A DNA stretch of 64,000 nt from an uncultured delta proteobacterium (GTDB taxonomy: Bacteria > Desulfobacterota > Desulfobacteria > Desulfobacterales > UBA2156), in the NCBI GenBank assembly GCA_963736855.1, contig CAVTQK010000006.1:64001-128000 (forward strand). Direction: 5' to 3'. The notes under the pieces were generated by a model. That model was given only the letters and a program-made list of their open reading frames with translations. It was not told where the DNA came from and ran no database searches. Shown in pieces: positions 13,445-23,868 of this stretch (positions within the stretch are counted from its first letter, which is position 1; each line of letters begins with the position of its first letter). Made by a program: the position numbers and the translations under genes.

Positions 13445-15289
13445 ATGTTATCAGCCCGACTGATTGTTATCATTACCTGCTGGCTTACCTTCGTGATCTC
13501 CTGTGCGCCAGCGTTTAAAAGAGTTTCCTACGAACCTGTTGCGCCTAAACCCGCAACGAAACCTTCCCCTCCTGCCAAACCCGCTCCGGATCTCCAAACA
13601 TCTAAAAAGATCGAAACCGCTCCGATTCAGAATAACCTCCCCTCTCCGGCAGGTACGGTCGAGGAGACCGAAAAACCCGACGAATTCGTTTTCCAGGAAA
13701 GAAGCCCGGAACCAATCAATGGAGATTCCAAGGCTTTGAGGCCGGGAAACACCCTTGAGGAAGCCCTCGATTTCTGCGAAGCAGCCCAGGATTTCTGGCA
13801 AAAAGGAGAACCGGAGAACGCTATCGAAGCCCTCGACAAGGCTTATGATCTTATCCTTGCCGTGGAACCCGGGGATGATCCGGCGTTATCCCAGCAGAAA
13901 GAAGACATTCGGTTTATGATTTCTAAAAGAATCCTGGAGATTTACGCCTCTCGGCATGTCGCCGCAAATGGAAAAAACAACGGAATCCCCCTGGAAGTCA
14001 ATCACCATGTTCAGGCTGAGATTGATTCCTTCTCGATCGGCACGGAAAAGGATTTTTTTATGGAATCATACCGGCGATCAGGTAGATATCGACCCTTCAT
14101 CTTGGAAGCCTTCAAAAAGGCCGGAATCCCACCCGAACTTTCTTGGATGCCGTTGATCGAAAGCGGCTTCAAGGTCAACGCCTTTTCTAGCGCCCGCGCC
14201 TTGGGCCTTTGGCAGTTCATCTCCTCCACAGGATACAAGTTCGGCCTGAAACGGAACACCTTTTTAGATGAACGTTTGGACCCGATCAAATCCACGGAAG
14301 CGGCCATTGCTTATTTAAAGGAACTTCATGAAATCTTCGGAGACTGGACCACGGTCATGGCCGCTTACAACTGCGGCGAGCATCGTATCTTAAGAGTCAT
14401 CCGGGAGCAAAACGTCAATTATCTTGATAACTTCTGGGATCTTTACCAACGCCTGCCCCGGGAAACCGCACGGTATGTCCCGAGATTTCTGGCCACCCTA
14501 TATATGGTGACTCATCCAGCGAAATACGGCCTCGACGCCATCCGTTTAGATCCCCCGATGGCTTTTGAAACCGCAACCATCGCCAAGCAGGTCCATATCC
14601 GGAACGTGGCGGAAAAAATCGAGGTTTCGGAATCCAAACTGAAGGCACTCAATCCGGAACTCAGATACCAGGTCGTTCCGCCGGGCCCTTATGCCCTGCG
14701 GGTGCCACCCGGAAAGAAGGAACTTCTTTTAGCGGCCATCGATGCCGTACCCGATTCGGATCCGCCCCGCCCTGAGTACATTTCCCACCGTGTTAGCCCC
14801 GGGGAAAATCTCTCCACTATTGCCAGGCGTTATCATCTCAGTATCTCCAGCATCGCTGAGGCCAACGACATCAAACGCTCCAAACCCTTTCTGCCGGGAA
14901 ATCTCTTAAAGATTCCCCAAAAAGGAGCGATCGTCTATCATCAAAGAGTTAAGGGAACTTCACCACAAGCGGCGAATTTAACCCATGTCGTCAAATTTGG
15001 AGATACCCTGTGGACTCTGGCACAAAAATATAGAACCACTATGAACGCCATTCGAGACCTCAATGGACTTTCGGGAACCCAGCTGACTGTCGGTCAAGCG
15101 TTAAAGATCTCCAGTCCGCAAGGAGACACTTCGGAGGTGAGCAGCCTCAGAACCTATAAGGTCCGGAAAGGGGACACCCCTTATAACGTTGCCACCCGAT
15201 TTAAAATGCAACTCGAACAATTCCTGAGGGTAAACCGCCTCACCCCAAAAAGCCGGATTTATCCGGGTCAAACGCTCTATATCCAATAA
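13445..15289 (+). CDS. mltD: MltD-like lytic transglycosylase lipoprotein with three LysM domains
   Basis: Lipobox-like VISC; SLT motifs IESGF, ALGLWQF, AAYNCG, ETARYVP; three C-terminal LysM repeats. Confidence 0.9.
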   Translation: MLSARLIVIITCWLTFVISCAPAFKRVSYEPVAPKPATKPSPPAKPAPDLQTSKKIETAPIQNNLPSPAGTVEETEKPDEFVFQERSPEPINGDSKALRPGNTLEEALDFCEAAQDFWQKGEPENAIEALDKAYDLILAVEPGDDPALSQQKEDIRFMISKRILEIYASRHVAANGKNNGIPLEVNHHVQAEIDSFSIGTEKDFFMESYRRSGRYRPFILEAFKKAGIPPELSWMPLIESGFKVNAFSSARALGLWQFISSTGYKFGLKRNTFLDERLDPIKSTEAAIAYLKELHEIFGDWTTVMAAYNCGEHRILRVIREQNVNYLDNFWDLYQRLPRETARYVPRFLATLYMVTHPAKYGLDAIRLDPPMAFETATIAKQVHIRNVAEKIEVSESKLKALNPELRYQVVPPGPYALRVPPGKKELLLAAIDAVPDSDPPRPEYISHRVSPGENLSTIARRYHLSISSIAEANDIKRSKPFLPGNLLKIPQKGAIVYHQRVKGTSPQAANLTHVVKFGDTLWTLAQKYRTTMNAIRDLNGLSGTQLTVGQALKISSPQGDTSEVSSLRTYKVRKGDTPYNVATRFKMQLEQFLRVNRLTPKSRIYPGQTLYIQ

Positions 15290-15403
15290 GGGGCATCCCG
15301 GTCAGCCATTGCGCCTTATCGTTGAGTCATGAAAAATTTTCATCTCCGGACCCATCATAATACACACTTGTTTTCTGAAAGGATTCCCGGTATGATATAT
15401 AAA

Positions 15404-16036
15404 ATGAAAAGGAAAATCGTTTTCTTGATCATCGCCGGGATACTATCGGCGACGGGTTGCACCGCCCAGACCGGCTTTCAAAAGACCCCTGCGGAAAGGA
15501 TGAAACAAGACCGCACCGAAAAGATGCCCACCGGGCAGGCGGCGGCTTTCAAGCCGGGGGAGATTCTGGTCCGCTTCAACCCATCCGCCAAACCGGAGGC
15601 CATAGAGGATTTTTGCGCAAAATCCGGCCTTTCCATTTTGCACAGGTTCAATTCGCCTGGACTTTATCTTCTTTCCATCCAGGACCAAAACAAAGTGCCC
15701 GAAAAAATCAAGGAAGTCGAAACCCATCCGCTGGTGGCCTATGCGGAACCCAACTATATTTTCAGCCTCGACAACTCTAAAAAGGAACCGACCCACGTGC
15801 CCGGTGAAGCGTTGGTGCGATTTGAGGCGAAGACGGAAAGATCTCGCGTGGAACTCATTCTCAAGGAATTGGATCTTCAAATCATAGAGGCCTTTGCCCT
15901 GCCGAATCTCTATCGGGTCAAAGCCACAGCCCCTTCAACTTCCACAGAAGAGATTGTCAATCGGTTGACAGCCTGTCCGGAAGTGCTCTACGCAGAACCG
16001 AATTTTGTCTTTACCCTGGAACCCTCAACCCGGTAG
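15404..16036 (+). CDS. Lipoprotein with two tandem subtilase-prodomain (fervidolysin/I9-like) repeats
   Basis: MKRKIVFLIIAGILSATGC lipoprotein signal; two repeats PGEILVRF...AYAEPNYIFSL and PGEALVRF...LYAEPNFVFTL, similar to the neighbouring protease prodomain PGEVLVKF...EYVEPNYIYRI; start 15392 or 15404. Confidence 0.8.
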   Translation: MKRKIVFLIIAGILSATGCTAQTGFQKTPAERMKQDRTEKMPTGQAAAFKPGEILVRFNPSAKPEAIEDFCAKSGLSILHRFNSPGLYLLSIQDQNKVPEKIKEVETHPLVAYAEPNYIFSLDNSKKEPTHVPGEALVRFEAKTERSRVELILKELDLQIIEAFALPNLYRVKATAPSTSTEEIVNRLTACPEVLYAEPNFVFTLEPSTR

Positions 16037-16050
16037 GGAGAGAACTCAAT

Positions 16051-17755
16051 ATGAAAAAACTATTCGTCTTGCCGCTTTCGGTCCTTCTTCTGTTTTTTCT
16101 TTTTTTAAATGTCGCCTGGGCCGAACATCCTGCAAACGAATCGAACAGGCTGAAATCCCTGGGAGATTATATACCCGGCGAGGTCTTGGTGAAATTCAAG
16201 CCTCAGGCGCGGCTTTCCGCTCTCTCCGAATATCAGGATCGGCATAACCTTTCTTCCATTCAAGCCTTTTCCACCATCGGCGTGGAGCATTTAAAGCTGC
16301 CGGAAGGATTGGATGTCGTGTCGGCCGTCAAGATGATGCAATCGGATCCGAACGTCGAGTATGTCGAGCCCAACTACATCTATCGAATTACGACGGTTCC
16401 CAATGATCCGTATTTCGGTCTGTTATGGGGATTGAACAATACCGGCCAGAATGTGAACGGAACCGCAGGGAAGGCCGGAGCGGACATCGACGCCGTGCAG
16501 GCATGGGACAGAACCACCGGAAATCCCAATGTGATCGTGGCGGTCATCGATTCCGGGGTTTTGACGTCCCATCCGGATTTGGCGGCCAACATCTGGGTCA
16601 ACACCAATGAGATTCCCGGAAACGGGATCGATGACGATCTGAACGGGTTTATCGATGACGTGAACGGCTGGGATTTTGTATTCAACGACAGCAATCCCGA
16701 TGACGAAAACGGCCACGGCACCCATGTGGCCGGAACGATCGCGGCCGTGGGAAACAACAAAATAGGTGTGACAGGCGTCAGCTGGAACAGCCAAGATTAT
16801 GGTGCTTCGAGCCTTCGACAGAGACGGTTTTGGAACCGCGGCTGCTGAACTTAATTCAATCCTGTATGCAAGCTCCAAGGGTGCCCATGTTATCAACAAC
16901 AGCTGGGGGGGACCCGGCTTCGCGCAATCACTAAAAGACGCCATCGATGCATCCCCGGCGGTGGTGGTCTGCGCAGCCGGAAACGGGGGCAATGACAGTA
17001 TCGGGGATAATAATGATTCTCTTCCTCATTATCCCTCGGGGTATTCCAGCGCCAATATCATCGCGGTAGCAGCGACGGATCAAAACGATGACCTTGCCTC
17101 TTTCTCAAATTACGGTCCCACTACCGTAGATGTTGCGGCACCCGGAGTAAATATTCTCAGCACCTGGAATGATGGGGATTATCAATATTTGCAAGGCACC
17201 TCCATGGCCACCCCCCATGTCTCCGGGCTCGCGGCGCTTTTATGGGGATATTCCGGGTCTTCAGCCTCTCAAAACCGGCTCCTGGCTGCCGGGGATATCA
17301 TCTCCCAAATCCGATCGACCGTGGATCCCTTGGACTCTCTTTCCGGACTGATCGCCACCGGCGGCCGTATCAATGCGGATAAGGCGCTTGGCGGCAGCGG
17401 AGAAGATGATGAAGGCAGCGGATGTTTTATCGCCACAGCGGCCTTCGGCTCCTATACCGCACCCCATGTCAAAATTCTGCGCAATTTCCGGGATCGCTAC
17501 CTAAAATCCAGCGACTACGGAAAGGCCTTTGTACGCTTCTATTACCGAAACTCACCGGAATGGGCCGACAGGATCCGAGGAAATCAAAACCTGCGTTGGG
17601 CCGTGCGTACCGCATTGTTGCCGGTAGTGGGAATCAGCTGGTTGGCTTTGAAAATCGGCATCTTTCCCCTGCTCGCTTCTCTCTTCATCCTCTTGCTCAT
17701 GGGTTGTATCCCTCGTTTTAGGAAAAAGGGAGATCGCCCACCGCTTTTGTCGTGA
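16051..17755 (+). CDS. Secreted S8 subtilisin-like serine protease with C-terminal CFI-box domain and TM anchor; +1 frameshift near 16790
   Basis: Signal peptide, prodomain, VAVIDSG (Asp), HGTHVAG (His), AAGN, GTSMATPHV (Ser), GSGCFIATAAFG...LRNFRDRYL, then TM and basic tail; split between ORFs 16051-16848 and 16799-17755. Confidence 0.92.
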
Positions 17756-17780
17756 AAACCATGAACCCAGGTTTTAATCG

Positions 17781-17812
17781 AGTGTGGGCGGACATGGAAG
17801 TCCGCCCACACT
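17781..17812. repeat. Perfect 13-bp stem hairpin between the protease gene and gspF
   Basis: AGTGTGGGCGGAC-ATGGAA-GTCCGCCCACACT; no U-tract. Confidence 0.6.
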
Positions 17813-17830
17813 GTCTAAAGAGCCTGACTT

Positions 17831-19060
17831 ATGCCGGTATTCGAATACAGGGCATTGAATGAAAAAGGAAGGCGTGTGTCCGGCATCGTGGACGCCGAAA
17901 GTCCGGTTGCGGCCCGGCAAAAACTGCGCACCTCCCAGATCTTTCCCATCTCCATTCATGAAATATCAAGGCTATCTAACGTAAAGCATCCCCGATCCGT
18001 CTCCTTCATGTTGACCCTTTTCAGACGGATTAGGATCTCGGAGATCGCCATAACCACCCGGGGAATCGCCACTCTCCTGAGTGCCGGTTTTCCCCTGGTT
18101 GCCGCCCTGGAGACTCTCATCTTCCAGACCAAAGCGCCTGCACTTCAAAAAGTCTTGGCAAAAGTTAAAGATCTTGTTGTCGAGGGGAACAGCTTCGCTT
18201 TTGCGCTGTCCCAATTCCCAGGGGCTTTTTCGCCCCTTTATATCAACATGGCGCAGGCCGGGGAAGCTTCCGGCACCCTGGAAATCATTCTCGAGCGCTT
18301 AGCAGACATGATGGAAAATCAGTTGGATTTGAACAACCGCATCCGGAATGCGCTGGCCTATCCCCTATTCATGACCCTTTTGGGAACTGCCGTACTTTTC
18401 TTTCTGATGACGGTGATCGTCCCCAATATCGCCGCCGTATTTGCCGAAATGGGACGCGTGCTTCCGGCACCGACGCGTCTGCTCATCGCCGCAAGCGATC
18501 TCATTCAATCCTTTTGGTGGCTTATCCTCATCCTTTGTTTCAGCGGGATCATGGTGTTTTTCAGGGTCAAGAAGTCTCCCCATGGCCGCGATTTTATCGA
18601 TCGCATGATCCTTCGGACACCGCTTATCGGGTTTTTAGTCGTTCGCCTTTCTACTGCGCGGTTCGCCCGGACACTCGGTTCTCTTCTGGAAAACGGGGTT
18701 CCCCTGCTCCAGGCCCTCGACATTGTTCAAAACATTGTGGGATATACCCCCATTTCCAAGGCCATTAAGGCTGCCTCCAGGGAAGTCGAGAAAGGAAGCG
18801 GACTGGCAGAGGCCATGGCCTCCAATGGAGTCTTTCCGAATCTCTTCATGCAGATGTTAAAGGTCGGGGAACAAAGCGGCAAACTGGAGGCCATGCTGAA
18901 AAGGACCGCCTCCATCTACGAAAAGGAGGTAACCGCTCAGGTGACCCGGATGACCTCCCTTTTGGAACCGATCATGATCCTGGTTATGGGAGTTATTGTC
19001 GGAGGCATCGTTTTGTCCATTTGTCTGCCCATCTTCGAAATGAATCAACTGGTCTTTTAA
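17831..19060 (+). CDS. gspF: T2SS inner membrane platform protein GspF
   Basis: MPVFEYRAL, GEASGTL, GEQSGKL, LLEP...ICLPIFEMNQLV. Confidence 0.95.
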   Translation: MPVFEYRALNEKGRRVSGIVDAESPVAARQKLRTSQIFPISIHEISRLSNVKHPRSVSFMLTLFRRIRISEIAITTRGIATLLSAGFPLVAALETLIFQTKAPALQKVLAKVKDLVVEGNSFAFALSQFPGAFSPLYINMAQAGEASGTLEIILERLADMMENQLDLNNRIRNALAYPLFMTLLGTAVLFFLMTVIVPNIAAVFAEMGRVLPAPTRLLIAASDLIQSFWWLILILCFSGIMVFFRVKKSPHGRDFIDRMILRTPLIGFLVVRLSTARFARTLGSLLENGVPLLQALDIVQNIVGYTPISKAIKAASREVEKGSGLAEAMASNGVFPNLFMQMLKVGEQSGKLEAMLKRTASIYEKEVTAQVTRMTSLLEPIMILVMGVIVGGIVLSICLPIFEMNQLVF

Positions 19061-19081
19061 CAAAAATAGGCGAGGATCACC

Positions 19082-19561
19082 ATGCAAGCTTTGCAACAAA
19101 ACATACTGAAAAACAGGCCCTGCAAACCCTTTATGGGAGAAGCCGGGTTCACCCTGATTGAACTGATGGTCGTTATCGTCATCCTGGGAATTCTTGCAAC
19201 CCTGATTCTTCCAAAAATCATGGATCGCCCCGATGAGGCCAAGCAACTCAGTGCGAAAATCCAGATTCAAAGCCTGGAAACCGCCTTGAAGATCTACAGG
19301 CTAGATAATGACGGGTATCCCACCACGGAACAGGGGCTCACGGCCCTGGTGGAACCGCCCCAGACCGGCCCTCCTGCAAAGAAATGGCGTCAGGGCGGGT
19401 ATCTCGAAAAAGGGAAAGTCCCTAAGGATCCCTGGGGAAACGATTTCATTTACCTGAGCCCAGGGGTGCATGGAGACTGTGACATCATTTCTTACGGTGC
19501 CGACGGAGTGCCCGAAGGTGAGGGAAAAAACAAGGATATCGCCAATTGGGAAATCGAATAG
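19082..19561 (+). CDS. gspG: T2SS major pseudopilin GspG
   Basis: [29 protein letters not shown]. Confidence 0.97.
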   Translation: MQALQQNILKNRPCKPFMGEAGFTLIELMVVIVILGILATLILPKIMDRPDEAKQLSAKIQIQSLETALKIYRLDNDGYPTTEQGLTALVEPPQTGPPAKKWRQGGYLEKGKVPKDPWGNDFIYLSPGVHGDCDIISYGADGVPEGEGKNKDIANWEIE

Positions 19562-20039
19562 AGGCTTTTCCCTGGTTGAGCTGGTGGTGGTTTTTGCCTT
19601 GATCGGCCTGATGCTTGTTTTTGCAATCCCCCGATTTCAGCAAAAGCTGCTTCCGGAAGATTCCCGGAAAGTCGCCCGATGGCTCATGGTACATACCGCA
19701 ACAGCCCGGACCCGCGCCGTTGCCGAACAGGTTCGATTCGTCCTGAATGTGGGGATCAGTGAAAACCGGCTGTGGTTCACGGACAATTCGATGCTCGAAG
19801 AAGCGGCACTTGCCGCCAAAGAAAAATCCCTGATTTTGGACAATAACATTCGCATCCGGAAAGTAGAATACCCTGGAAAAAATGCTGTCATTTCTGGAGT
19901 TGCTGAAATCTCCTTTTATCCCGACGGCCATGCCGATCCGGCCTGGATTCAATTGACAGATACAACCGGACCGCCGGTCTTTCTTTTCGTTGAACCTTTT
20001 TTACCCCGGGTGAGATATCAAGATGCCAAAGTTGAATGA
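19518..20039 (+). CDS. gspH: T2SS minor pseudopilin GspH
   Basis: [10 protein letters not shown] prepilin motif, FYPDG; probable GTG start at 19518 overlapping gspG. Confidence 0.85.
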   Translation: MREKTRISPIGKSNRGFSLVELVVVFALIGLMLVFAIPRFQQKLLPEDSRKVARWLMVHTATARTRAVAEQVRFVLNVGISENRLWFTDNSMLEEAALAAKEKSLILDNNIRIRKVEYPGKNAVISGVAEISFYPDGHADPAWIQLTDTTGPPVFLFVEPFLPRVRYQDAKVE

Positions 20040-20421
20040 TTCCAATAAGGCACCCCGGGGGTTCACACTCCTTGAAATCATGGTGGCCGTTTCCATCATC
20101 GCCATCGTCTCAACGGCTATCTACCAGCTGCATTTCTTTTCTCTTTCTGAAAGCCACAGGACTCATCTGGAGGGACAATGTCTCCTGCTAGCCCAGAAAA
20201 AACTTTCGGAAATAGATGATTCTAACGGGGACACCCCAACCAAAGCTTCGGGAGATTTCGGAGAAGATTTCCCGGGCTTTCGATGGGAGATGCAGGTTGA
20301 CGGGATTCAGTCCGATATTCTTAAGGAAACCGGGAAAGATTTGAAACAGATTGACCTGAAGGTTTTTTCCGATCGATCATCGGTTCTTTATGCAATCCGT
20401 GTTTACCGTTTTTTCCGATAG
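20023..20421 (+). CDS. gspI: T2SS minor pseudopilin GspI
   Basis: GFTLLEIMVAVSIIAI; size and position in cluster. Confidence 0.85.
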   Translation: MPKLNDSNKAPRGFTLLEIMVAVSIIAIVSTAIYQLHFFSLSESHRTHLEGQCLLLAQKKLSEIDDSNGDTPTKASGDFGEDFPGFRWEMQVDGIQSDILKETGKDLKQIDLKVFSDRSSVLYAIRVYRFFR

Positions 20422-21186
20422 ATGAAAGAGACCAGCGACATGGCTCATCGCCGCATCTATGGAACACCCTCCCATATCACGAGGAGGAAACGTCATTTCT
20501 TTCCGGCTATCTGTTCGATAACCCGAGGATTTACCCTCATCGAGATTCTGCTGGCCTTTTTCATATTCAGTATCGTCGCCGCTACGGTCTTCGGATCCTA
20601 TCAATCGGTCTTTTCCAATGCCGAGACCGTCCTACAGGTGGCTTCCGATGACGAGATGGGGCTTTCTTGCATGCACCGAATGGTTTTAGATCTGTCTTCC
20701 ATCGTCTTTTCCCTCCCGCCCCTCTACAGGGCCAACACGGTCAACGATGAACCTGATTTATACCGCCTCCTGGGAGAAAGGGAGTGGATCGGTGATCAGG
20801 ACTTTTCTTCCATCCGTTTTGCTACCCTGGCGTATGTGCCGATGGGAGGAACCCCTGTCGAGGCCATATCCAAGATCCGTTATTTCGTGGAGGCTGTCGG
20901 ACCCGATAGCTTTATTTTAAAACGTTCGGCGGATGTGTATCCATTTTTCAAGGATTTCTCTCCAGAAACCGCTTATGTAATATGCGATCGGGTCCGATCC
21001 CTGGCGATCACTTTTTTTGGTGAAAAAGGGGTCACCTTCGACCGTTGGGATTCGGACTCCTCGGATTTCGGCCGGTTGACCCCAAGGGCCGTCCTTATCC
21101 GACTCGAAGTCGGCAATAAAGCAGCTTTTCGAACATTTGAAACCCGTGTAGCCTTCCCTTTGTTCAGAGACCGGATAGCCCAATAA
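20422..21186 (+). CDS. gspJ: T2SS minor pseudopilin GspJ
   Basis: GFTLIEILLA, WDS and PRAVLIRL near the C-terminus; start uncertain. Confidence 0.85.
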   Translation: MKETSDMAHRRIYGTPSHITRRKRHFFPAICSITRGFTLIEILLAFFIFSIVAATVFGSYQSVFSNAETVLQVASDDEMGLSCMHRMVLDLSSIVFSLPPLYRANTVNDEPDLYRLLGEREWIGDQDFSSIRFATLAYVPMGGTPVEAISKIRYFVEAVGPDSFILKRSADVYPFFKDFSPETAYVICDRVRSLAITFFGEKGVTFDRWDSDSSDFGRLTPRAVLIRLEVGNKAAFRTFETRVAFPLFRDRIAQ

Positions 21187-21191
21187 AAAGA

Positions 21192-22286
21192 ATGGATCCA
21201 AAGCAGAAGGCACTTTGCCGAAACATCATGGGCTCACGCGGGATGGCGCTTTTATTGACCATCGGCGTGATGACCCTAATTGTTTCCACGGTCATTTTCA
21301 TTCATAAGAGAGTTCGTGACGCCCGAATCTTGCCAACAGCTCTTAATCATCGCATGACGCTCCTTTATATGGCATCCTCCGGAATCCATGCCGCCATGGC
21401 GGTACTGACCCAGGATAAGGCAAGTTCGGACATCGATTCCATCCAGGAGGCGTGGGCCGACCCTGCATATTTAAAAAAAGTTTCTGAAACCATACCCTTC
21501 GAATCCGGGGAAGTGTCCTTGGTCATCAGCGACGAACTCGGTAAGATCCAGATTAACGCCCTGGTTAAACAACCCGAAGGACAAAGCTTCAATGACGTCC
21601 AGAAGCGTCTGTGGGACAAGTTGCTCCTTTATTTTAAAGATCAGCTCAAAAATCAGGATATCGACTTTCAGCCGGAGACGATCATCGCCGCCGTTAAAGA
21701 CTGGATGGATGTCGGGGAAGGGGATACCGTCACCGGCCTGGGAGGCGGCGAATCCGACTATTACCAGAGCCTCAATCAGCCCTATTCCTGCAAAAACGGC
21801 CCGATAACCCACCTTGGCGAACTCGCCCTAATTAAAGGGATCCCTCCCGATCTCTTCACAGCGCTGGGAGGAACCGCCGGACTCTCCAAGTATCTTTCGG
21901 TTCATGGCGTTTCTCCGTCGAGCGGCACCGCGCCCGAATTCAAAGGAAAAATCAACATTAACACCGCCGATCTCCCTATCCTGGCCGCCCTGCTTCCCAT
22001 CGGAGAAGAGGGGCTGGCTCAGGCCATCTACGACTTTCGGGGGGATCGAACGGAAAATACATTCGTTCATAATCTTTCCGATCCGAATTGGTACAAACAG
22101 GCTCCGGGGTGTAATCATCTTCGGATCGATCCCGAACTGATCACCCTCTCAAGCGACCTCTTCCGGATCGAAGCGATCGCAGCCATAGGAACAGCAAAAC
22201 TTACCGTTGTCACCGTAGTGGCCAGGGAAAAAAAGGAGGGAACGAAACAGTGGGCCTGTAAGGTGTTGAGTTGGCATGTCATATGA
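21192..22286 (+). CDS. gspK: T2SS minor pseudopilin GspK
   Basis: RGMALLLT (no Glu5), DELGKIQIN, ELALIKG, ININTA. Confidence 0.92.
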   Translation: MDPKQKALCRNIMGSRGMALLLTIGVMTLIVSTVIFIHKRVRDARILPTALNHRMTLLYMASSGIHAAMAVLTQDKASSDIDSIQEAWADPAYLKKVSETIPFESGEVSLVISDELGKIQINALVKQPEGQSFNDVQKRLWDKLLLYFKDQLKNQDIDFQPETIIAAVKDWMDVGEGDTVTGLGGGESDYYQSLNQPYSCKNGPITHLGELALIKGIPPDLFTALGGTAGLSKYLSVHGVSPSSGTAPEFKGKININTADLPILAALLPIGEEGLAQAIYDFRGDRTENTFVHNLSDPNWYKQAPGCNHLRIDPELITLSSDLFRIEAIAAIGTAKLTVVTVVAREKKEGTKQWACKVLSWHVI

Positions 22287-22351
22287 AGTATGGTAAGCGC
22301 GACGAGTGATGGTATCCGAAAGGACATTGACGATTTTCAGTGGAAGGGTGG

Positions 22352-23809
22352 ATGATGCCCCAAAAGACCCTCGGAATCGACATCGGAAACATCGGGATTT
22401 CCGCGCTGCTGCTTGAAAGCGGAATCTTCGGCCACCGGATCGGAGGGTATAAATATATCCCCTTCTCCGATTCACAACCCGATGATGACGCCATCATCTC
22501 TGCATTGAAAAGCGCCGTCGATGGTATGCCGATAGCCGGAGCCCGTTGTGCGGTATCCATTCCCGCCCGTCACGTCTATTTCCGGAATCTTCGCCTCCCG
22601 TCGTTTGAGGCAAAAAAAATAAGGCCCATACTCCTTTTTGAACTGGAACCGCTGCTCCCGTTTCCTGTGGAAGATCTGATCACCGACTTCAGCCTTTTTT
22701 GGGATTCTCAAAATCCTGATCAAACCGACATCGTCACAGCTACCACTCAAAAAGCGGAATTGTCGAAATGGCTTGATATTTTAAAATCCGCAGGCCTCGA
22801 ACCGGAAACAGTCACCTTCGAGGGATACGCCATGGCACGCTGCCTGGCGGAAATGACCCAGGTGCCTGACGATTGGATACTGGCGCATGTCGATAAGACC
22901 ATAGCCACTCTCTTCGTTTTTCATTCCGGGCAACTGGCTTTCATCCGGTATTCTTCGATACCTTCAGAGAAAACACTCCTGGAAGACGCCCTTTCTTCCG
23001 TCATCCGTCAAACGATCTGGGCCTTTGAAAATGTTTTTTCTTTTGATTATCAACCTAAAACCGTAAAAATTGACTTTAAAACGGAAAATGGGAATCTGGA
23101 ACTTTTTAGCGCGCTTGAAAAAATGCTCAAAATTCCGGTAAAGCCCGTCGACTTTGCCCAAGGAATGAAATCAAAAAAAAATCCTTTCCCGGATCTGCCG
23201 GAGGACTCGGTCGGAATCAATTCCGCACTTTCCCTTTCACTGATGAAAGGTCAGCAAATACGCGGGATAAACTTCCTTCAGGAAGCCTTTTCCCCCAAAA
23301 CGCGGTTTGCCGAATATCAATCTGATTTTTTCAAAACAGGATTGATTTTCCTTGCCGCACTGATCCTTGCAGGTGCCTATTTATTTATGGACATGCGTTC
23401 CATGGCGAAAAAAGTATCCCGATTGAACGCGCACATGACCCAGACGTTTCAAAGTGCCTTCCCTGAAGAAAAGGTCATTGTTGACCCGGTAGGTCAGATG
23501 AAGGCCAAAATTGAAGAGTTGAAAAAACGATCGTTTCCAACCGAAAGAAAGGGTAACTGGATAAGACGGATTGACCTTTTAAAAGAAATCAGCACGCGGG
23601 TCCCGACACAAATGGATGTGGATATTTTAAAATTGACGACAGGTGATGAGGATCTCGTGATGACCGGGAATACTGACACCTTCAATACGGTCAACGACAT
23701 GAAGCGTCAGCTTGAAGGATCCCCCTTGTTCAAGGAAATCACCATCAGTTCCACGAACCTGAACCGCTCCGGAAACCGCGTGGATTTCGTAATGACGATT
23801 CGATTTTAA
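22352..23809 (+). CDS. gspL: T2SS protein GspL (PilM/PilN-like)
   Basis: LGIDIG actin-like start, FELEPLLPF, INFL, TM, C-terminal PilN-like domain. Confidence 0.85.
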   Translation: MMPQKTLGIDIGNIGISALLLESGIFGHRIGGYKYIPFSDSQPDDDAIISALKSAVDGMPIAGARCAVSIPARHVYFRNLRLPSFEAKKIRPILLFELEPLLPFPVEDLITDFSLFWDSQNPDQTDIVTATTQKAELSKWLDILKSAGLEPETVTFEGYAMARCLAEMTQVPDDWILAHVDKTIATLFVFHSGQLAFIRYSSIPSEKTLLEDALSSVIRQTIWAFENVFSFDYQPKTVKIDFKTENGNLELFSALEKMLKIPVKPVDFAQGMKSKKNPFPDLPEDSVGINSALSLSLMKGQQIRGINFLQEAFSPKTRFAEYQSDFFKTGLIFLAALILAGAYLFMDMRSMAKKVSRLNAHMTQTFQSAFPEEKVIVDPVGQMKAKIEELKKRSFPTERKGNWIRRIDLLKEISTRVPTQMDVDILKLTTGDEDLVMTGNTDTFNTVNDMKRQLEGSPLFKEITISSTNLNRSGNRVDFVMTIRF

Positions 23810-23868
23810 ATGCTCGTAAACCATTCCGGGCCGGGGCCCAACCAAAGCATGGAGATGCGACCCATAAA

